From Octopus sinensis (Eukaryota), in assembly GCF_006345805.1 (NCBI RefSeq), contig NC_043000.1, forward strand, positions 57,970,001-58,034,000: a stretch of 64,000 bases of DNA, read 5' to 3'. The notes beneath the pieces are model-generated. The model saw nothing but the letters and a program-made list of their open reading frames with translations, searched no databases and had not been told where the DNA came from. Below are positions 12,330 through 25,604 of the stretch, piece by piece. Position 1 is the first letter of the stretch. Each line of letters starts with the position of its first letter. Made by a program: the position numbers and the translations under genes.

Positions 12330-15300
12330 TAATGGCCATGTTAATATTCCCATTCTAAATAATGTCATAGAGAGATATTATTTAAAGCAGGAAAAGCTAG
12401 TGAAATGATATCATAGAAATAAATGTAAACAGGATATCTGCCTATCCAGAAACACGATGTACTTTAGAAAGGTTTCAGGAATTTTTGCTTTTTTATTATT
12501 ATGGTTTTTTTTTAAACTTCAAGTTATATAGGCAGAAAATTCTAGTATGTTTCAAGTTTTGAGAATTCAAACATTTGCAGTAATTATTTTGAGTATTCTT
12601 ATTAGTGTCAACCACTTAATCCTGAAGTGAGATAGAGATTTTGCTTTTTCATTTGATTTTTTTCCAGACAAGCTGATTTGAGTAAAGTAGGCTACCTTAA
12701 GAATAATGCACATTTTGAACTTATGACTCATGGGTCAGAAGCCCATCTTAACTAATTCACTTACAACACTTTATGCTACTTGTGAATATGAAATAGGGGT
12801 GCATATGTAGGTGCCTCAAAGAACATAATACGAGGAATAAAAAAGGCTATAGATAAGAAAATTCTAAATTTTAGTGACTATCAAGCACATTTTTATAACT
12901 GTTTAAAGCCATTCTTGTAGAGGGAATAATATATAGATAAAATAAATAAAAGTGTGTCACTAAAGATTAGTTAAAAAGGTGAAAATTTCTAATGAACCAT
13001 CATTATAATTAAGTATAAGGATAGAGTTATTTGATATCTTTAGAAGACATACATCCTTTCTGCCTTAGTGAACTTTTTAAGGGTTGACTCTTTACACAAG
13101 TAGTTTGACCTATAGACATTTTGGGCACAATGAATCATCATCTTAAGTTAGAATTTAACACAGTAATGCTCTACTTTTTCTTGAGTTTGCACAAGCCATC
13201 TCTTGAGATACAAATGTTGATAAAAACAAATAAATAAATATATGATACACAACTTTAACAAAGTGATAGAAGAAGTAGTAAAAAGTGTGACAAATAATAC
13301 ATTGTTTAAAAAGATTAGATATATGACTGAAAACGAAAGTTGAAGGTGTTGTTCAAAATGTTCTCTAGATAAACAATCACTTAAAAGATTAGATGCCATT
13401 AGTGAAATTTAGATGGTTCATGAAATAGTTGTCCGAAAGTAAAAACAGTTGAGTTTTTTTTTAATTATTGGCCAGGGAAAATCAATGTAGTACAGTCTAC
13501 TATTTTAATTTTGATTGAATGATTTAAATGAGAACATGTCAAGAAGGAAAACATAGCTGAATTGCTAAGGAGATACAAAACATAGAATTAAAAATGATGA
13601 TGGATAAAAGATATTTCAAACAATTTACAAAATATTTTCCATTATAAAATATTCTTTCTCTGAAGAAAAAGTTACTCAATTTCTAAATTGCCTTTAACAT
13701 AGTTAATCTTCATCTAATATTAAGTACACTAGACTCTTGCAAATATAATATCTTAATACCATATGAAACATAATGCTCCTTGTGGTAGGTAAATGGTTAA
13801 AATGTGATGAAATATATATATCAGATAAATCTTTTAGAAAGCTATCTAAATAGAATAGGTCAAGCTGAACTTTCAGGAACATTCCATTCATCATATTCAT
13901 GACTCAGAAGGGAATGCAATATTATATCCTTTCCTCCTGTCCCTTTGGGAATAAGTGAATCAACAACCAGGGGACCGTAAGGAGTGAAACAACAATTCTA
14001 TAGTTATAATAGCTATTACATAGCTAGACAAATTCAATATCACATATATCCTTTCTGCTCTTATGGTTAATAGCTGTATACACTCGAAGTAACTGAATAT
14101 AAAATGCTAACAGTGTTGCTATTTTTTGGTGATAAGAATATGAAAACAAAACCAAAACCAAGAATTCTATTACAATGAAATGCACTAGCTATCAGAATCT
14201 GAAGTGATGAGTAACTTTAATTTTCTGCTGGAATTAAATGCAAGTATCTATCTATATAGGACACCAAATTCAATGGTAGATTCTTCAAACAGTATTGATT
14301 ACAAGTAAGCTTTCTCATTCATGCCGAATAAGCAACAGAATGCTATTCATCAAAGCCATCATAGATAGCCATGATGGCTAAAACAAATTAAAAACATTAA
14401 GGGCATAACTAAAAACAAAGAGGGATTTGAAAAAAAAAAATACTATTATTTTTCTACATTTCAAATATAAAGAGATTTGCAAAATGATATTATTATATAA
14501 TTTAAAATGCAATATAAGTATCATAGTAAAAGTTTAGGTTTGGTAAAAAAGGCACCATAAATAAGTGATGTGAAGATATGTTTTGAAGGAAGCAAATTCT
14601 AAACAATAAATATAGATACTAAATAAATTAGCTGAACAAATACGGCAAGTTATAAAATATCAATCTGTATCTAGAAAAACAAAGTGATCATTATTTCCTT
14701 TTTAACACACACACACACACACACACACACATAATAAATAAATAAAACCCAAAACAAAATAATATCAAATAAAAAGCAACAAAAGTTATATTCGAAGATG
14801 GTGTGAACTAGTTGAAATATAGTTTGGTTGTTCATATTTTGCTCATTCTAATCAGGAAAGATAGAGAAAAGGGGGAAATGAGATAAAATGAGTCAGAGAA
14901 GATGTGATCCTGAATTCCCCAAAGTGATAATGACAAGTTAGATAAACTGTATTAGTAAAAGATGTGATCCAAAATTCCAGGGAAGATTGGAGGGTGTCAA
15001 GGAGTTAAGAGAGTCAGAGAGAAGTGACCTGGAATGCATATCAGTGAAGGAAGTAACATCTCTCAGCTTATTTTCCAAGTGACTAAAAGTGCAGTAGCAG
15101 AATCAGAAAAAGCAAAAATTTTTTTCTAAACTGTATATTTATTATTTCTAAGTGAATAAGATCTTACAAATGTACAAGTAATGTGTATAGATTTTTTGCT
15201 TATATATAGATAAACTTTTGTTTCTTTATATCACTTTCACTTTATTCCACAGAGAGAGACAGGGGGAGAGGGAGGGAAAGAGTGAGAGAGATTGGTGAAA

Positions 15301-16033
15301 AAGAAACCATGAATGAAGATGATGATGGTGTTGGCTATAATCTTTACATGATGAAGTTAATAATTATGATGAAGATGATCATAATGATGAAAATATGGCT
15401 CAGTGGTTAGAGCCTTGGGCTCACAATCATGAGGTAGTAAGTTCAATTCCTGAACTGGGCTGTGTGTTGTGTTCTTCATCTCATGTTGCTCCAGTTCACT
15501 CAGCTGTAGAAAAGAGTTGTGATGTCACTGGTGCAAAGCTGTATACTTTTTAATCATCTCAATAAAGAATGGATGAAAAACAAAGATGACCCCAAGGGTT
15601 TTGAATAGAGAGTATAGTAAAACAAAACTAAATAACAGAAAGTATTTCGTCTGGCACCCTTCTACCTTTTGATATTAATACAGATTATGGTGGCGAGCTG
15701 ACAGAAGTGTTTTGAAGCCATGGTGGAAGCTGAGGATAGTTACTTCAAATAAACTGTTATCTCTGTCATAATCTAGTCAATATTTTTTGATTTTTTAAAA
15801 ATACTTTTATTTTTGGATGGGATATTGTATTTTCTTTTCCTTTTATGCAAACTGTCAAATATAGCCCGAACACCCTGTATATAATACACTTCTTCCCTAC
15901 CTCACATATATATACATATTTAGAGAGAGCGAGACAGACAGATACTGATTGTGACTTGAGAAAATATTCATCAACTCTTGCATACACACACACACATAAC
16001 TTAAGTATATATATATATCATATATACATATAA

Positions 16034-16432
16034 GGCGTAGGAGTGGCTGTGTGGTAAGTAGCTTGCTTACCAACCACATGGTTCCGGGCTCAGTCCCACT
16101 GTGTGGCACTTTGGGCAAGTGTCTTCTACTATAGCCTCTGGCAGGCCAAAGCCTTGTGAGTGGATTTGGTAGACAGAAACTGAAAGAAGCCCATCGTATA
16201 TATGTATACATGTATGAGTGTGTGTGTGTGTGTTTGTGTGTCTGTGTTTGTCCCCACAGCATTGCGTGACAATGCTGGTGTGTTTACATCCCTGTAACTT
16301 AGCAGTCTGGCAAAAGTGACTGATACAATAAGTACTAGGCTTACAAAGAAAAAGTCCTGGGGTTGATTTGCTCGACTAAAGGTGGTGCTCCAGCATGGCC
16401 ACAGTCAAATGACTGAAACGAGTAAAAAAAAA
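16034..16432 (+). mobile_element. SINE family A (tRNA head plus CORE-like domain), full length
   Basis: A box tggctgtgtgg, B-box-like ggctcagtccc, ctttgggcaagtgtcttct (MIR/CORE-like), internal TA/TG microsatellite and A-rich tail. Confidence 0.85.
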
Positions 16433-16479
16433 ATATTGTGTATGAATGAAGACAGTTGCATCAAGAGGTTCTGCTTTCT

Positions 16480-16905
16480 AATTATAAAATGAATATGTGG
16501 AAGGGGTAGACCCAGAAAGATGTGGAATGAAGTAGTGAGAAAAGATCTACAAATGTTGGGACTCACAGAAGGGATGACAGGGGACTGAGATTCCTGGCAG
16601 TTTGCTGTGCTTGAAAAGATACATTAAGCTAAGTAAAAGCATGGTTACCCTTGCATACAGGCTCATCCCTTGCTGAGCATCCCTAATCTTGTGGGTTCTT
16701 AAGTGCTGGTGCCATGTAAAAAGCACCTGTACTGGTGCTGCATGTAAGCACCCAGTACACTCTGTAAAGTGGTTGGCATTAGGAAGGGCAATCAGCCATA
16801 GAAACCATGCCAAAACAGACATGGAGCCTAAATAGCCCTTCAGCTGGTCAGCTCCTGTCAAACAATTCAACTCATGCTAGCATGGAAAATGGACACACGA
16901 TGAGG

Positions 16906-16959
<54 letters not shown>

Positions 16960-16985
16960 TAATAATAATAATAACAACAACAATA
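16480..16985 (+). mobile_element. RTE LINE 3' end (ORF2 C-terminus plus 3' UTR) with (ATA)n tail
   Basis: Encodes GRGRPRKMWNEVVRKDLQMLGLTEGM, followed by the gcattaggaagggc and catgctagcatggaaaatggac terminus. Confidence 0.75.
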
Positions 16986-16999
16986 ATCAAGGATAAAAT

Positions 17000-17220
<221 letters not shown>

Positions 17221-17584
17221 ATGAAATATGAATTAGAGATAAAAACACTATTAGGCAACTCAAACTGATAGACATAACCCAATACATAAATAACAAATAA
17301 TATAAATATAATTAATATAAAATATAATGTATATATATAAAATATAAAATCAATTTTTGTTTTATAAAAAATTTTAATTTTAATTTTATATTTTATATAT
17401 ATATATTATATATTATATTAATTAAATTTATATTATTTGTTTTTTATGTATTGGTTTATGTTTATCACTGTTTGAGTTGCCTAATAGTGGTTTTATCTCT
17501 AATTCATATTTTATATATTTATACTGTGAAATTTGATTTAATCCTAAATCTAATTTTCCCCTCTAAGTTTGGAGCCATACTCCC

Positions 17585-17590
<6 letters not shown>
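17221..17590. mobile_element. AT-rich foldback element (inverted arms ~17221-17345 and ~17385-17515), same family as 36625-37325
   Basis: gaattagagataaaaacactattaggcaactc...gagttgcctaatagtggttttatctctaattc. The right flank tgtgaaattt..ccctctaagttttgga is shared with 37260-37310. Confidence 0.6.
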
Positions 17591-17630
<40 letters not shown>

Positions 17631-17809
17631 AGATTATAGTTTTTCACACTGTTAACTACACATTGATTTTAGAAAAATGTCAAGGAAGGGCTTTTGACTA
17701 AGAAGATAGGGTAATTCTTAAATTGTAAATTGTCAAAATTTATGTAAGTTTCATTTCAGGTGAAATTCTGTAACTTGAGTTATCCATAATGCAAAAGTGT
17801 TTGTGTCTC

Positions 17810-18078
17810 TGTATGTATGTATGTATGTATGTATACATACATACATACATACATACATACATACATACATACATACATACATACATACATACATACCATA
17901 CATACATACATACATACATACATACATACACATACATACATACATACATACATACATACATACATACATACATACATACATACATACATACATACATACA
18001 TACATACATACATACATACATACACATACATACATACATACATACATACATACATACATACATACATACATACATACA
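17810..18078. repeat. (TACA)n tetranucleotide microsatellite
   Basis: Direct reading. Confidence 0.95.
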
Positions 18079-18253
18079 ATTAATAAAAACAGCTGTTTGC
18101 AATGTTATACCGTAATGGAAAATTATAGTCGTCAAACTAAACTTGATTAAGGGGGTGAATTAATACCTACAGTAATAGAAATAGGAGCTAAAATGCTCCA
18201 ATGCTGTTACAAAGCACATAACATATACTCTGATAGGTGCCGAATCAAGGATT

Positions 18254-18305
18254 CCTTAGACTGACTGGCCAGTTTTGGTTTTTTCCATAGCCATCTTCAG
18301 TACGG
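18254..18305 (-). ncRNA. Type I hammerhead motif, decayed paralog (G12 mutated to A)
   Basis: Reverse complement reads ccgta CTGAAGA t ggctatggaaaaaacc AAAA ctggccagtcagtc taagg. Confidence 0.6.
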
Positions 18306-18747
18306 CAAGCCCATTCGGTTGATTCCGGGCTAGCTCACCCATCAGAGTATATATATTCACCATAAAAATCTATGGATGGTTTAGCAGATCGCTAATGTGC
18401 ATGCAAAAAATTAATAAAAACAGCTGTTTGCAACATTATAACATAAAGATCAGTCCATGGAATACTTGGTTCGGTGTTCAGGGAGATTGTAGCCCCTATT
18501 AGAGTATATGTTATATATTCTGTAACAGCATTGGAACATTTTAGCTCCTGTTTCTAGCAATGTAGGTGTTATTCACACTTTTAGTCAAGTTTAGTTGATT
18601 TCCCTTTATGGTATAATGTTGTAAACAGCTGTTTTTATTGAATTTTTTGTATATACAATAGCAATCTGCTAAATCATTCATAGATTTTTATGCTAAATAT
18701 ATTTATTCTGATAAGCAAGCTAGCTCAGAATCAACTGAATGAGCTGG

Positions 18748-18799
18748 CCTTACTGAAGATGGCTATGGAAAGAGCTGAAACTGGCTGGTCAGTCTAAGG
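18748..18799 (+). ncRNA. Type I hammerhead ribozyme motif
   Basis: Stem I cctta/taagg. CTGAAGA 18753-18759 plus an extra T. Stem II ggct/agct with a G.U closing pair. GAAA 18777-18780. Stem III actgg-ctgg-tcagt. Cleavage triplet GTC (C17=18794). Confidence 0.75.
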
Positions 18800-18950
18800 A
18801 ATTCTCCGTTAGTTGCTCAGGGCGATTGCAGCCCCTATCAGAGTATATGTTATGTGCTTTGTAACAGTATAGGAGCATTTTAGCTCCTATATCTAGAAAT
18901 GTAGGTGTTATTCGTACCCTTAGACAAGTTTAGTTGATTACTATACTTTT

Positions 18951-18987
<37 letters not shown>

Positions 18988-19769
18988 TGTCAGGTCATAG
19001 TACTAGTGCATGTATATATGTGTATATATGTGTACATATTACATGTACATCTATATATATATACATCTACACATAAAATACAAAATACAAAGTTATATCT
19101 TGATATCGCTAGTGATAGCAATATTCAAAATATATAACAGACTGGAATTGTTAGCCCGTCTCTTGTAATTTCGATCAATTGTAACTTGTCCTCCCTCTTG
19201 TATAGAAGTGTGGCTACAATCTAGCCTACCTCTACTTCTATATGGGGCATTTAAAATTTTTTTCCGGGACATCCTACATCTCAGATATAAAGGTAAAAAT
19301 AAAATATTTCCACTTTGCAAGTTCGAGTTGAGTACTCCCTTGCACGCTCCGTTGACTCGAACCTTGCTTCCATTGTGGCGAATTTACCGCCTCTGATTAG
19401 ATAACTTTCATAGTGGCACCAAGACACTTTTCGAAGGTGCTTTCCTCCATGTGTTCAAATCTTCTTTTTTCTCTACATTGTATACTTTATAGACAATAGT
19501 CTTTTCTTTAATTTAATTTTTAATTTTTTATCATCCATCTGGACTATTCCATTTCTGCACGCCAATTTTATTTTTAATTTATTCCCATTCATGTGAAACC
19601 ACTTATTCAAGTTGAAGTCATTGATGCAATTTTATACCAATTGTTATTTTTACTTTTTTTTTATGTTACGATTATATTATTCTTTAGTTTGATTTTAATT
19701 ATTACTTACTACATATAATTAAATTGTTATTATTATTTTTATTGTTAAAGTGAAAGTATCTGACATAAA

Positions 19770-20004
19770 ATAGAGAAATGTTTTTGTTTCACTTTTAACA
19801 CGTAATACTGAAATAGTGGAAAAGATATGATATTGCTGTGGGCTCGCCCTAGGCAAAAAGTTAAAATTTTTTTGCCGATGACACTCCCCGGACCATAAGT
19901 AAGACATGTGTAAAATTTGAATGAAATTGGTTGTGTAGTTCTCAAGTTTTAGGGAAACACACAGACAGACAGACACACATTCTCAGTTTTATATATATAA
20001 AGAT
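19770..20004 (+). mobile_element. Helitron-like non-autonomous element (Lep1/HINE-type) 3' end
   Basis: aaatttgaatgaaattggttgtgtagtt...acacacagacagacagacacacattctcagttttatatatataaagat is the terminal architecture typical of these elements. Confidence 0.5.
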
Positions 20005-20406
20005 ATATATATACATGTGTGTGTGTGTGTGTGTGTGTTTGTGTATGTGTAATGTGTTTGTGTGTGTAATGTGTGTGTGTGTGTCTGTAATGTGTGTTTG
20101 TGTGTGTGTGGAGTCATATAGAGCAATTGTTTTTTTACCTCCTCCCACCAGCTGCTCATGAAGTTTCTCCTGCTGCTTCCTTACCAGCCCCATACAACTG
20201 CTTGTGAATTTCAATTTCTCTGTCTTTCTTTACTGCCACCCTTCAGAAATATAACCCACTGTACCATAACAGTTTTTTTATAAGTAATAGAATTGCATAT
20301 TGTAAATGTGTGTGTACACACACACACACACACATGTATTTCCTTTCATTTCCTTTTTGTGTCCCACCCCAAGGGCTGTAAGCCATGCCAGAGCACAACT
20401 ATTTAG

Positions 20407-20502
20407 AAAATATGAAATGCTTCATGAATTTGCATGTCATCCTTATACAGGGGCCATGATAATCGCTGTATCATTCCAATTTTAGTATATGTATTACTGA
20501 AT
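20407..20502 (-). pseudogene. U6: U6 snRNA pseudogene, near full length
   Basis: Reverse complement reads catatactaaaattggaatgatacagcgattatcatggcccctgtataaggatgacatgcaaattcatgaagcatttcatatttt, colinear with U6. It shows CpG-type transitions and a small deletion in the ACAGAGA region. Confidence 0.9.
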
Positions 20503-21094
20503 CACACACACACACATACACACATGCAGGATTATATATTTTATACATACATATAAATATGTGTGTGCAAATACATACACGCACATATTCTACATGTATT
20601 CAGTTGATTTAGAGGCTTCAATATTTCTACATGTATATAATCATATGAATCAGCCTACGCAATCTGAAAAGAGATAAAGCTTATGATTCTCCAAAGAGAA
20701 AATGGTTTAATGTGCAGTAAATTTTAAAAAGGGAAGTGAACAAAACAAAATGTTTTGTAAATATATCTATTTTTAATTATGAATCATGAATTGGATATAG
20801 AGCATAGGGATTTGAATTTGAGTTAGAATTCTGAGTCTATATTCATGTAAAGGGTAGCTTCTTGCTTTTCCTAAGATGAAAAATATGAATGATACATGTA
20901 TTGAAATGTGATTCAAGAAAGTTGACAGCTAAATACAGCAGTTGTTGCTTATCCACAGCTGTGACTTGATCAGTTAGACCTATGATCAAAGGCATTCCAG
21001 ACATGACCAGCTTGTTTCATTCTCCAGGATAATATGCATATATCTAGAACTACATAATCTAACGTATCCTTCTTTATTTAAAACATCAGCATAG

Positions 21095-21296
21095 GCCCAG
21101 GGATGCCTGTGTGATAAGAAGTTTGCTTCCCAGCCATAAGGTTCTGTGTCTAGTCACACTGTGTTGCACCTTCAGCAAGTGTATTCTATTATAGCCTCGG
21201 GCCAACCAAAGCCTTGTGAGTGGATTTGGTAGACAGAAACTGAAAGAAGCCTGTCATATATATATATATATATATATAATATATATATATATATAT

Positions 21297-21342
<46 letters not shown>

Positions 21343-21560
21343 TTTGTGTCTATGTTCATCTTCTCTATCACAGCTTGACAACTGGTGTTGGTGTGTTTAC
21401 GTCCCTGTAACTTAGTGGTTCAGCAAAAGAAAATGATAGAATAAGTATTAGACTTAAGAAAAAAGTCCTGGGATCGATTTGTCCAACTAAAATCCCCTCA
21501 GTGCAGTGCTTCAGCATAGCCACAGTCAAATGATTGAAACAAGTAAAAGAATAAAAGAAT
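21095..21560 (+). mobile_element. SINE family A, full length with expanded internal microsatellite
   Basis: Colinear with 16034-16432. Confidence 0.8.
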
Positions 21561-21849
21561 ATGAGGGTAATTTGATGGCTATTTCTAGTGATTCTAGAAA
21601 CTGATTGCATACAGATTTCCTTGTTGGCACATTTTATAATAAAATAGTAACAGGCTTTGTACATATGTGAGAAATCACTACTGAAACAATATTAGAAAAA
21701 AAAGAGCACTGGTTATATATACAGTTGTACTACATATGCACACACACACATATATATACATGAGTTTTCTAAATAACAATATATTAAAACTGCATTCAGT
21801 GTAACATGTAAGCCAATAGATTTCCCAGTACCCAATAATAGTAATAATA

Positions 21850-22475
21850 ACGATCCTTTCTACTGTAGACACAAGGCCTGAAATTTGGGGGAAGGGATTA
21901 AATCGATTACATCAGCACCAGTGCGTAACTGGTACTTATTTAATCGACCCTGAAAGGATGGAAGGTAAAGTTGACCGTGACAGAATTTGAACTCAGAACA
22001 TAGCAACAGATGAAATACTGCTAAGTATTTCACGCAATGTGCTAGGCACATGGCCTGAAATTAGGTGAGAGGGGACTAGTTGATTACATTGACCCCAGTG
22101 TTTCACTGGTACTCAATTTATTAAGCCCAAAAGGATGAAAGGCAAAGTCGACTTTGGTGGAATTTGAACTCAGAATATAGCATTTTGTCCAGCATGCTAA
22201 CAATTCTGCCAGCTTTCCACCTTATTGATAATAATAATAATAATAATAATAATAATCCTTTCTATTATAGGCATAAGGCCTGAAATTTTGAGAGACGAGG
22301 CAAGTCAATAACATTGCCCCTCCCCTCTCCTTGCTCAACTGGCACTGTTTTATCAACTCTGAAAGGATGAAAGGCAAAGCTGACCTCAGCAGAATTTAAA
22401 CTCAGAATGTAACAAGTCAGAAGAAATGCTGCTAAGCATTTTGTCTGATGAACTGACAATTCTACCAGCTCAACA
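21850..22475 (-). mobile_element. Cluster of three SINE family B copies
   Basis: Three repeats of aggcctgaaattt..aaggatgaaaggcaaagt..gaatttgaactcagaa at about 21850-22040, 22050-22225 and 22255-22475. Confidence 0.75.
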
Positions 22476-23507
22476 CAATAATAATAATAGCTTCTAATTC
22501 AGGTACAATGTCAACAAGAAAGATCCTCAATAGAGGGAAAATCACTTAGAGCAATTTTAGTGGGAAAAACCCGGTACAAAGTCCTGGGCTGTTCTGCTAC
22601 ATCAGTGGCTTCAAAAGTGACCACTTGTGTAACCTGAGAAAAATGTACATCTTGGATGTTCCATTGTGGCTTGTCCAAGTTCACACTAGTGTATTAAGGA
22701 AATCAAGGCAATACCTGTCAGCCAATTGGAACTGCCTTGAGCAGGTTTGCAAGGCTTTTACATACTCTCCTATAAACTAATTCCACAATTCCTGAATGCA
22801 TTTAAGATGTTATTCCAAACGCACTTCACTAATAAGCAAGATGTTTCTCGGAATGTCTCTAGAAATTTAAAACCATCAGGTTGTTCAGCTCCTGTCAAGG
22901 CTTACATGGCCACTAATCTGAGGACTCTACAGATGTCCTTCCAACTGTTTTTGTCCAGATCTACTGGCTTATCATCCAGGTACAGAAAGGTTGCACTTAG
23001 CTCTAATTTTATATCATCAAGATAAAGAAATATCTCACCTTGGATAGGATACCAGTCCTACTTAGGTAACATTTCTAGGGTATCTGGTCTCTGTTGCTTA
23101 ACAGCTTAGTGAACTAGAGTGTTTAGAATTAAGTTTTATACCTATATACTCAAATACACAATAATATGCCTGAACTCAGGCCTTTCAGCTGGTTCTCAAA
23201 TAATAAAACTCTTCAGGCAATTTATTTCTATGTAAAAGCATCAAAGTTGTCACAATCACCATTCCTTGTCACTCTAAAGTCAACCATGTTGACCATCCAT
23301 TTAAAAATATTGGCAATCATGAGAGGCTGATTAATAACCTCTATCCTACTTGTGTATAAACACAATAAAATAGTGATTAGCTCCTCACAAGTTGAGTCTA
23401 TGAGGAAATTTAGATTCCCCAGTGAGCAATTTCCTTTTACTCATGGTTGTATCTGTGATTTGTTTGACCATTATAACTCGAATTTGTGTTCTGACATACT
23501 GGGTTAA

Positions 23508-23715
23508 CCCTTTTGTTACCATATTTCTGCAGAAATTTGATGTCTTTGTTTAAAATAATGAAAAATTTGTAAAGTATATTTGTCATTATTAAGTTACTGT
23601 TTGGGATATGAATTAATCTGAAATTTTGATAGCAGGTTTTTATTTAGATCACCATAAAATAGGATGCTTATATCATAGAACAAGGGATAGTCTCAAGTAG
23701 GTTGGTATCAAAGGG
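23508..23715. mobile_element. piggyBac-type MITE (second family)
   Basis: ttaa-cccttttgttacc ... ggtatcaaaggg-a-ttaa. Confidence 0.6.
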
Positions 23716-25604
23716 ATTAAATTTGATACACAACAGGAAGACAAAGCTGGACCAATGACACAGTAAGGGTTGTAGAATATTTTTACTTTCCACCATACCA
23801 GTTGCTTTGGATAAAGCAAAGAGAAAAGAAAGTCACAAAAGAAACAGAAGATAATTAAAAGTCATCACTACTGCTGCATTTTGTGAAAAGAAAACATACA
23901 AACACACACACACATATTTTCAAAACATAATGCATTATGTGCATTGTGTTTTGATAATATGAAAGTTCTCTTTATCAGAGAGTGTAGGATAAGTAACTTG
24001 GGAAGTTCAACATATATAAATGTTATGCTGATAATAAAAGTTATGGGTTAAAAGAATGGAGTTATGCAGTTTCCTATTATTTGATATGGTTTGCAATGAC
24101 AGCTTTTTTTTTTTTTTAAACCAATTAAATTCATAAAATAGTTACATGCTATACATAACATAAATTTTAAGAGAGCTATGCCAGCTCATAGAAGTAGATC
24201 CACAGAACAACTTTCAAGGGCTGTTGGTTAAAGATCACCATTTCAAATCAAGATAGAGTTGCCAAAATCACTTTACATTTGTACAGTGTGTATAGCTTTT
24301 ATATTTTATTTGGTTAAATCACTGGATTGTGGCCATGTTGGGGTACCATCTTGAAGAGTTTAGTGAAGCAAATTGATACTGGTATTTATTTTCTAAGCCT
24401 AGTACTTATTTTATCAGTCTCTTATGCCAAACTGCTAAGGGACAAATACAAAGGCAAACACACACCTGCATACATACGTACACACACACACATGATGAGC
24501 TTCTTTCAGTTTCTGTTTACTAAATTCACTATGTCAGCCCAGGGACATAGTAGAAGACATTTACCCAAGGTACTGCTCAATAGGTTTGAAACCAGTGCAA
24601 CATGGTTAGGAAGCATGCTTCTTATCCACACACCTATCAGGTCATCTTTTTTTTTTAATGCAAATCTTGTATTTAACAAACAAAATTGGATTCAACAAAT
24701 GCTGTTTCTAAATTTCAAGATACACAAAAAAGAAAAAAAACACTGTCAACATCATATTCTTGAGCTGTCCTTATTAGTGTCCTTACAGAACAACCCACTC
24801 AAATGATTGATTACACACTGCTGCCTAGTAACTAAAAATTCTGGTGAAATGCTTGACAAACTTTATTTAAATTTCTGGTCTATTAAATCTAATTTCGATT
24901 AGCATTTATTTAATTCCACAATGTAAAACGAATATTGATGTCTAAATGTGAATGTAAATTTTACCTTTTAATTTGTATTTATAAAATTACATTTAGTGCC
25001 ATTTCCCTTTCAAAAACTAGACAGAGTATATAGAAAAATTCAATATTGCACATGTAAAATGCAAACAGAAGTAAACATGCTCATTTATGTTCTAGTCATG
25101 CACTTTCAATTAAGAGAAAAGAGAAGGTGACATCAAATACTGTCATTTGATCTCTCCAATTTAATTAAAAGAAAAATTAGAATAGATAAAAAAAATTGAA
25201 TTAACAAATGATATTTAACATGTTTATATATTTTTTTTCCTATATATTTTCTTATAAATTTGGTTAAGATAACGTAATGTAGAGATTTAAGCCCAATGAA
25301 TCTTTTGTTGAATTGCATTGGTGTAAAAGAGTTAGCTTAGCTGTATATCTAGCAACAATAGCTCATAACAGTGTGTGGTAACAAGAAGATTTAATAGAAA
25401 TTGCCAACAATACAGCATTGTTGTTTGGAATTCATTAGAAGAGGATAGCATTAGATGTTAGTTTGCTTTGTCAATAAAATTTAAGTACGAAGATGTACTT
25501 AGTTACACAGAATTTGTCCTACAATTAATACAACGCAGGAATCTGAACAAACTAAAAAAGCAAATAACAAATAACAAATTATCTATTCAAAGCTAAACAG
25601 GTCA

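Larger units (their letters stand above)
18080..18930. mobile_element. ~330-340-bp HHR-containing monomer in direct and inverted copies (retrozyme-like or PLE pseudo-LTR array)
   Basis: aaaaacagctgtttgcaa recurs at ~18086 and ~18416. caggg(a/c)gattg(t/c)agcccct recurs at ~18479 and ~18818. The left block is the reverse complement of the right block. Confidence 0.7.

Noticed and set aside
13148-13900. Minus-strand ORFs of 83 and 65 aa in non-repetitive DNA
   Set aside because: They have no convincing splice sites or recognisable motifs, and F/L/I/Y-rich ORFs of this size are expected in AT-rich DNA.
16034-16110. tRNA-like sequences at SINE heads
   Set aside because: They have A and B boxes but no complete cloverleaf, and each continues into a SINE body, so they are not tRNA genes.
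22500-23110. GC-richer segment that may be a LINE relic
   Set aside because: No motif could be assigned with confidence in any frame. Segments at 14870-15110, 28560-28860 and 43080-43260 were left unclassified for the same reason.
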